A stretch of 64,000 nt of DNA, taken from assembly GCA_002307275.1 (NCBI GenBank), contig DBTX01000008.1:36079-100078 (forward strand), in the 5' to 3' direction. The first letter of the stretch is position 1. The number at the start of each line of letters is the position of its first letter. The translations under genes were made by a program, and so were the position numbers. This DNA comes from Hungateiclostridiaceae bacterium UBA1305 (GTDB lineage: Bacteria; Bacillota; Clostridia; Acetivibrionales; DTU013). Of the stretch, positions 1 to 8,000 are shown one piece after another. The notes beneath the pieces are model-generated. The model was given only the letters and a program-made list of their open reading frames with translations. It searched no databases and was not told the DNA's origin.

Positions 1-1580
1 TCCACTGTTTCCTTCATCCTGCCCGCGAAGAAGTGGACGGCGGTCAGACAACGCTCCAACCATGCCCTGATTTTCAGGTTTCCCTCTCTGGCGCACCGCT
101 GGATCTCCTGATCCACAAGGGCGTAGGCTTCCGCCACCCGGGAATTCCAACAGAGGTTATACAGCTTCTCCGCGACGATCAGATACCTCGTTTCAGGTTC
201 GCACCCGGAAAGCTTCGGCATCAGCTGATCCAGAAGCTCATCGGAGGCATCGAAGGAGACGGAATTGCGAAGCACACGCACCTTGTGCAGCATGGCCACC
301 AGGTACAACGCCCGGTTTGCCTGATTCAGCAGCGGGATAGCCCTGTCAAGGGCCTTCTGTGCACCCGTAAAATTTCCTGTGCAGGATAAAAACACGCCTT
401 TAGCCGTAAGAAGCTCCGCGCTTTGCTCTCCCTCACCCATAAGCTGGAACCACTGCCGCAGTTCACTGAAGGAGCCGGAGCGGATCAGCGCCCGGTAACA
501 TCTCAGAATGATTTGCTCCAGAAGCTCCCGGTCATTCAGTTCGATGGCATAGTGAGCAGCCATCGAAAAGTCCCGCTGATCGAAATAATACCATGCTGCG
601 CTTTTCCGCAATTCTGCCGTTTCCTCCGGTTCCAGCATTTCCATCAAGCTTTTTTTGAACAGCGCGTGATAGCGGTAATGCCCCTCTCCGGTTTTGACGG
701 TGAATAGGTTCCGCGCGGTCAGGCTATTCAGCATCAGCGCGGAATGCTTTAAGCCCAGCACTGCGTCCAGCATGGCGTCGTCCAGACTGTCAAAGCAGGA
801 TGAACGCTTTAAAAAGTTCACCGTTTCGGCGGGCAGACGGCTGATGCATTCATAAAGGAGATATGACGACAGCGCGCTGGAGCCCTGCTGCGGAACATCA
901 GCGGGAGAGACGCCGTTTTCCAGCAGGAGTCGGAAAGAGCCGACCGCCAGCGGCCAGCCCTCGGTGGCACGGTAAATATCTTCGTCGGCAAAGCCAAGTA
1001 CCTTTGCAGTTTCCTGCCGGGTGAACGCCAAATCCTCCTGCCCCAGTTCCAGTATGTTCCCCCGGAGGCTCAGCGTCATGAATTCGGGCCACAGTGCCTC
1101 CCGGCTGCCCAGCAGCAGGCACATATGAGCCGGAGAGAAGCGGAGAAAGCAGGAAAGAAAATCCCTGATCTCATGATTCCGGATGGTGTGGAGATCATCC
1201 AGCACCAGGACGATCCGGTCTGACACCTGCTCCACGCCGCCAATCATAGCGTTGGCAAGAATGGACGTGAAATTCTCCTTTTCCAGAAATGGCAGGCATT
1301 CGGACGTCTGAAAGCCGTACTTCGGGTATGCCTGCAGAATCGCTCTGCACAGGACGTCGGCAAATGCAAGGATGTCCGATTCCCCAGTCAGTGACAGCCA
1401 GACGGGGTTCGTTTCGCTCCTTGCCAATTGTGCCAGAAGCGTCGTCTTCCCATAGCCTGCTCCGGCGTGTACAAAGACAATCCTCCCTGCGCAGGCTTCG
1501 ATCCGATCCGTCAGCCGCTTCCGAAGCATTTCGCCCGACGCTGCTTTCGGCACTGTTAGCAGCGCGCTTGCACCTTCCAT
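1..1580 (-). CDS. MalT-like/LAL (STAND ATPase) transcriptional regulator; N-terminal part, continues beyond the window start
   Basis: Not in the ORF track because no stop lies in the window. Manual translation from ATG 1580 (RBS GGGAGG): MEGASALLTVPK..., Walker A HAGAGYGKTT, Walker B IVLVLDDLH, TEGWPLAV, YRYHALF, then TPR-like helices; open to base 1. Confidence 0.85.
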   Translation of the reverse strand, partial: MEGASALLTVPKAASGEMLRKRLTDRIEACAGRIVFVHAGAGYGKTTLLAQLARSETNPVWLSLTGESDILAFADVLCRAILQAYPKYGFQTSECLPFLEKENFTSILANAMIGGVEQVSDRIVLVLDDLHTIRNHEIRDFLSCFLRFSPAHMCLLLGSREALWPEFMTLSLRGNILELGQEDLAFTRQETAKVLGFADEDIYRATEGWPLAVGSFRLLLENGVSPADVPQQGSSALSSYLLYECISRLPAETVNFLKRSSCFDSLDDAMLDAVLGLKHSALMLNSLTARNLFTVKTGEGHYRYHALFKKSLMEMLEPEETAELRKSAAWYYFDQRDFSMAAHYAIELNDRELLEQIILRCYRALIRSGSFSELRQWFQLMGEGEQSAELLTAKGVFLSCTGNFTGAQKALDRAIPLLNQANRALYLVAMLHKVRVLRNSVSFDASDELLDQLMPKLSGCEPETRYLIVAEKLYNLCWNSRVAEAYALVDQEIQRCAREGNLKIRAWLERCLTAVHFFAGRMKETV

Positions 1581-1671
1581 AGGTCGTCCTCCCATCCGTT
1601 AATATCGACTTATTATAGCATAGAAGCATTAACGCCGAAAAATAATTTTGGAAATAGTTGAAAAATGGCGT

Positions 1672-1710
1672 TTTCGTTAACGGTTTCGTTAATGGTGCAT
1701 GTTTTATAAT
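1672..1710 (+). promoter_or_regulatory. Tandem direct repeat TTTCGTTAA(C/T)GG x2 followed by a -10 TATAAT; probable activator-dependent promoter of the surface-protein unit
   Basis: Repeats at 1672-1683 and 1684-1695, TATAAT at 1705-1710, no canonical -35. Confidence 0.5.
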
Positions 1711-1739
1711 AGAGAAAAATGTCGAAAGAGGTGACGGCA

Positions 1740-2024
1740 ATGAAAAACCGTGCAGTATCGGGCGGCGGACTGGAGCCGCACTGCGGTGTCAGCGATGGGA
1801 ACTTCCCTTGCCTGGGAAACTGCTGTGATGCCCGGAAGGGGACATTTGGACCGGAGTACAGGAGCATCTGCCCCTGTTGCACAGCCATGACGCTCCCGCC
1901 CAACAGCTCGACGCTAGAGATTGCGACATTATTTGAATGCTCTCGTTATGGCTACGGAAGACGGATGACGGATGCAAGGCCGCCGGAGCAAACAAAGCCT
2001 AAAGAAAACGGAGGGGAAATTTAA
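1740..2024 (+). CDS. Small Cys-rich hypothetical protein (94 aa, 8 Cys)
   Basis: GAGGTG RBS before ATG 1740; stop TAA directly abuts the ATG of the giant gene. No recognisable family. Confidence 0.35.
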   Translation: MKNRAVSGGGLEPHCGVSDGNFPCLGNCCDARKGTFGPEYRSICPCCTAMTLPPNSSTLEIATLFECSRYGYGRRMTDARPPEQTKPKENGGEI

Positions 2025-5000
2025 ATGAAACATATTGAAATTAGGAAAAAGGCACTGAGCCTTATTTTGACGTTCTGCCTGCTGCTCAGTCTGCTGCCGG
2101 GGCTGAGCCTGACAGTATGCGCGTCATCGAACTCCGCGCCCACAGTTGCCAACACATCCGTCACGTTACCGACTATTGCGGAAGATGTGACCGACAGTTC
2201 AAACGCCGGTATAACCATTTCCTCTATTTTAAATCTCGCTGCCGCGTCGGACGTGGACGGGAACACAATGGGTATCGCGGTCACGTTGGTGGACGATTCC
2301 AACGGCATGTGGGAGCTCTGTGACACAGAAGGCACTTGGTGGTCCATTACAAAATATCATGATGTTACTTCCATTACAGATTCAAATGCATATCTGATTC
2401 CGGACGGATTCTCGATCAGGTTTTTGCCGGGTGCCGACTTCAACGGGCAGGCTTTCTTTACCTTTCGAGTGTGGGATGGAACCTCCGGCTCAAGCGATAC
2501 TGTTGTTGATACGAGCGGCAGCAATCACGCCGGAAGCACGGCCTTCAGCGCCGGCATGGCAACCGCAGCGATCACCGTTACCGCCGTCAACGACACTCCT
2601 CAGATTCATAAGTACAGCACGGGCAATGTACTTAACTTCGACGGCAGCAATGATTATGTGTCGGTTCCTGATCCAGGCCTGAATAATGACTCATTCACTG
2701 TAGAAGGGTGGATCTACGCAAGATCCGCCAATACATATTCCAGATTCTTCGATTTCGGCAAAGGCCCTGGGGACACCGGTGATGATGGGCGTAACATTAT
2801 TGTTCAAATTGACGGCACCGCGGAAACAAAAGGTGATCTTAGGTTCGAGGTGTGGAACGGTACCGACAGAGCGACCGACATGAGCATGATTGAAACGAGC
2901 AGCCCATTTACCTTAAATCAATGGGTTTATGTGTCGGCGGTTTATAACAGTGCCACCCAGATGGGGTATTTGTACTGCAACGGCAGTCTGGAGGCAAAAG
3001 GGAGTATGAAGCTGACTCCAAACACCACTATTATCAGGGACAAAAGCTATTTCGGCAGGAGCAACTGGACGGCTGACGAATACTTCAATGGTCAAATGCA
3101 CAGCATTGCCGTCTGGAAGGAAGCGCGCACGGCTGGTGAGGTTGCCCGGGATATGAACGCCAGCTTCAGCGGAGCCGAACCAAATCTAGTCCTGTTCTAT
3201 CCGCTGAATGACACAGCAAGCTCGACGACGGCCCAAAGCACAACAGGCAGCAACTCGGGCAGCCTGTTGAACTATTCGTCGTCCGGCGGCACGGAAGCTT
3301 CAACGGCAAACGAAGCAATGATCGTTAATGACAGCACCTTTGATTATCAGGTTTCGGATTCTGCCGGGGTTAACATCCCGGTCGGTCAGATGTACTTAAA
3401 AGACGTTGACGCGGGAGCCGCCGGTGTCGCGTTGACGCTTTCCGCGACAAACGGTACATTGGCGTTAAACACGGTTGATGGGGTCTCCATCACTGGAAAT
3501 GGCTCAAGCATAATGACAGTGTCCGGGACGATTGACGATCTCAACGAAGCGCTAAAGACTCTGACATATCTGTCATCCGCCGCCTGCACGGATATCATCA
3601 CCGCCACCGTCACTGACGTCGGTAACACCAGCTCTGGTGGCTCACTGTCGGCTTCCGAGACTATCGGTGTAACAGTCAACGCCGCGCCCGACCCGGCAAC
3701 GACGCCGACTATAACCGTCCAGCCACCATCCAGTGTTACTGTGGCATTGGGGCATGAAGCCAATTTTTTAGTTACCGTTGCGGGGCCGACAAGCGGTAGC
3801 AGCTACACTTGTCAGTGGCAGGTAACGACGGGCTGCGGCTCGACCTGGTCGAACATATCCGGAGAGACCGGCAGCAGCTATTCGATCAGCAGCACGACAA
3901 AAAGCGATAACGGAACCCAATACCGGTGCTATGTATACGACGCCACCGACAACACGTCCGCGACATCGGACAAGGCGACCCTCACCGTCCTTTATCCCAT
4001 CATGAAAATGGCGAATGTGACGCCGGCAAACAGCTCAACCAGCATTGACGTTAACACGCAGCTTGCAATGACTTTCAATGAGGATGTATCAGCCAATTCA
4101 GGAAATATATATATCGATGGCCCATCGTCGACGGTTTATACAATCCCCGTCACAGACAGCAATGTCGTAATCAATGATAATATAGTGACCATCACCTTGC
4201 CGGGGAGCCTTGATTACATTACAAAGTACCATATTCTGATCGACCCAGGCGCGCTTGTTGATACATACGGCGGTGCTTATGCCGGGTTAATCGACAGTAT
4301 GGCATGGAGCTTTACGACCACCGCCGTGCCGGTGTCCTCTTCGCCGGCAGTTGTCCTCGGGAACACAACGCTTAATTCTTCAGACAGCAGGTATTATTTT
4401 GACAGTGCGGCGGTTGGCGGAAACAGTATCCAGACCATTCTGATCAGTTTCTCCAGCGGCGTGGCAAGCGGTGATGCGATAAACCTGCCGGCAGCGCCGG
4501 GCGGCTTTACCGTGTCCTCAACATCGGCAAGCAACAGCTATACCAAACGTATCAACATCGATACCGCAACAACCGGGACAGACAACGCCTCCGCTGTCCA
4601 GTCCTATCTGCGGGACATAGGCTTTGCGCTTGATAGCACACACACATCACAGTCGGTGAAGGTAACGCTGACCACAGAAAATGTTCAATGCGACACCTTC
4701 TACGATATCGATACGCAGCATTACTACCAGTTCATACCATATTCATCTGCTGCAGGCACGACTTGGGTGGACGCTTACAATTCCGTAAAAAGTATGACAT
4801 ATATGGGCCGTACGGGTTATCTTGCAACCATTACGAGCTATGGTGAGGACACCCTTGTGAACTCGCTCTCCGGCGGCATGGTTGGGTGGCTCGGCGGCAC
4901 AGCGCTGAAATACACAGATACGGAACCGGTGCAGGGTTCGCTCTATTACGAAGGCTTTGACACGACAAATATTAACAGCGGCAGCAACTGGTACTGGGCC

Positions 5001-8000
5001 TGCGGCCCGGAACGCGGAAACATCTTTTACAATGGGCGTTCAAGTACCCGTAATGGTCAGACCGGTACAGAGCCTTATTATAACTGGGGTGCTAATGAGC
5101 CAAGCAACAGTAACAACAGTGAGAATTGTCTTACGACGCTTGTCCTGGGTTTTAATGGAATACAAGGCACAGCTTTTTCATGGAATGACATATCCTACGG
5201 CAGTAAATATAGTACAGGAACATACGATCCCAAGGGCTGTTTTGTCGAATACGGCAATCTGGCCCTGGGCAGCAACGAGATCGTCGACACAACCAAATAC
5301 GCCAGTGACGGCGGTACCATCATCAAATTGAGTTATGCGGCGACGATAAGCGGAAGCCCGGTGTCCGGTCAGACGCTGACGGCAACGCTCACCGGAGCAA
5401 GCGGCTCGGAAACACTTGCCTACCAGTGGATGCGCGAAGACACGGCCATTGACAAAGCAACGGGAGTGACATATAAGTTGACCGACGACGATGTGGGTTA
5501 TAAAATTGCAGTGAAAATTACAGTGGATGGCAGTGCTGCAGTGACAAGTCCTGACGTAGGACCGGTGACCGCCGCACTCAAGCCCACACTAACGGCCACA
5601 GCGGACAATACGCACAACTGCGTCAGCCTGACCTGGACGCCCGGGGGCACCGCCGACCATTACATGGTCTATCAGAAGGACAGCAGCGAGACCATCTGTC
5701 AGTCAATCCCCGTTAGCACAGTTATCAAGGTTCTGAACGTGTATCCGGATATAGACGGCTCGGACAGCCTGAATAAGTGGATGGACACAAACAGTCTTGG
5801 AAGCCCCAAAATCAACGGTACGCAGTATACCATGACGGTTACAAAGACATCTCTGACAGAATTCAACACCAACTACGCCACTGATCTGAAGATCAGCGGC
5901 GGGTCCTATAACTACGATGTTATCTACTTCGGAGCCTGGGACGAAAACAACAAGCTAGAACTGAGCACCAATGCGATGAAGGCTGTAAAAGCATTCATCG
6001 ATTACGGCGGCGGCTGCCTGCTTGGTCACGATACGGAGAGCTTTACGCATACAAACTTTATAGATTTGGCTAGAACCTACCTTAATATGGATGTGGACTA
6101 CAAAGGCGACTGGGATACCGGTGGAGCGAGCTCAGCCTACCCGCCGATCGGAGACGAAAAGGTGCTCGTGCATAAAAAAGGCATGCTGACCAACTACCCT
6201 TATTCGCTCGGAGACGTTGGCACTATGCTAAGCACGTCTTTGTCCCACAGTTATTATGAATTTGCCATGGGAGACGTATGGTTTACCTATCCGTCAAACA
6301 CGTTTGGTAATCAAACACCACTTGCAGACGCCGAAAAAAGTGTAAGCAAAGGCGGGGTTGCCGGTACAAACAACTTTTACCTGACCACGTGGAACAACTG
6401 CGCGGCCATACAGACAGGACACAGCAACGGAGTGGCAACTCCGGATGAGCAGAAAATCCTCGCCAATACCCTCTATTATCTGGCCCAGGCCACAAAAAGC
6501 ACTTCGGCAACGGACCACATGGCGCAGGATTTGGCCGCACCGGATGATGTGATTTCATCCACTGTGGCTGTGCAGACCTCCGGCGACACGGCGCTGAACT
6601 GGACTGCGCCCTCGGACAACGGCAGTACATACGACTATTATGTCAGGGAGTTCTCCTCCGCTGACGGAAGCAGCTATGTGGATTCCGACACAAAGAGCGC
6701 CACGGTGACGGCAGGGGTATCCAAGTATTTTTATTTAGTCGATCAAAGCAGTAATAACCCCACTGCCAGTGAGGTCAAGGCGGCAAACCATGCGACGGCC
6801 GTTTCCACAAACATCAATGCCGGAACTCTCCCGGCTGGAAATTATTATGTCCATATTATGGCCGTAGACAATGCGGGCAACGAATCGGGTGTCACCACAG
6901 CTTCCTTCACCGTTCAGTCCGTGCCACCGGTGGCTGGCTCAGGCGATGCCCTGGGCTTTGACGGCACAGATGATTATGTGGATCTGGGGGAAGGTAACAA
7001 TACTCTGATACTCGGGAACACTTTTACCGAAGAAGCATGGGTCTACCCGTCAGAAACAGATGATGCATATCACGGAATTATTGGCAACCAAATCATCGCC
7101 GAATCATCTACACGAGCACCGGGCATTTGGGTTTATGATTACAATAAAGTCCATATGGGGTTTGGCAGCGGAACAGATTGGTGCAATTTAATTGATCCTG
7201 ACGCTGTTCTTACGACAGATGAATGGAACCACATCGCGGCCGTCTATGATGGCAATACCTATTACCTCTATATAAACGGCGTACTCAAGGCGCAGAAAAC
7301 TTTAAATGCGACGCCGTGCAATACACCCGTTAGGTTTATAGGTAAAGTTGACAACTTTTTTAACGGCCAACTCGACGAGGTAAAACTATGGAACACTGCA
7401 CGTACGCAGGCGGAAATTCGATCCGATATGCACAGCCACCCGTCTTCCAGCGAAACATGCCTTGTCGGTTACTGGAACTTCGACGAAGGTTCGGGCAGCA
7501 CCGCTTCCAATTCATCCTCAAGCGGCGTTGACGGCACGCTGACCAATATGAATACCTCAAGTGTATGGATCAGCTCATCGGCGTGGCAGAGCCGTGCGAC
7601 GGCACAGGATAGCGCGCTCGTCATTGACGCAGGATACGCGCCGGACGGCGGAAGCATTACGCTTGCTACCGGAAGCAAAGCTCCCGGCAATGGAACGCTT
7701 AGTTACAACGATGAAAATAGAACCGTGACCTACATTCCAACCGCGGGCTATTATGGCTCGGATTCCTTTATCTATACCGTGACTGCGAATGGCGTGACAA
7801 AAAGCTATGAAGTACACATGACAGTTGTGCAAAAACCCGTCATGACGGGGCCGACAGGTGTAACCGCCGCTGCGGGAGCTTCAGCAACCTTTTCGGTGAC
7901 AGTTTCCGCTCCGTCAACAGGCCTCAGCTATCAGTGGCAGAAATATGACGGCAGCAACTGGAACAACATCACCAGCGCGACAGACGCGACATACACCATC

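Noticed and set aside
33-1903. Short ORFs listed in the track at 33-1903
   Set aside because: Overlapping or antisense to the continuous MalT-like frame and its promoter region.
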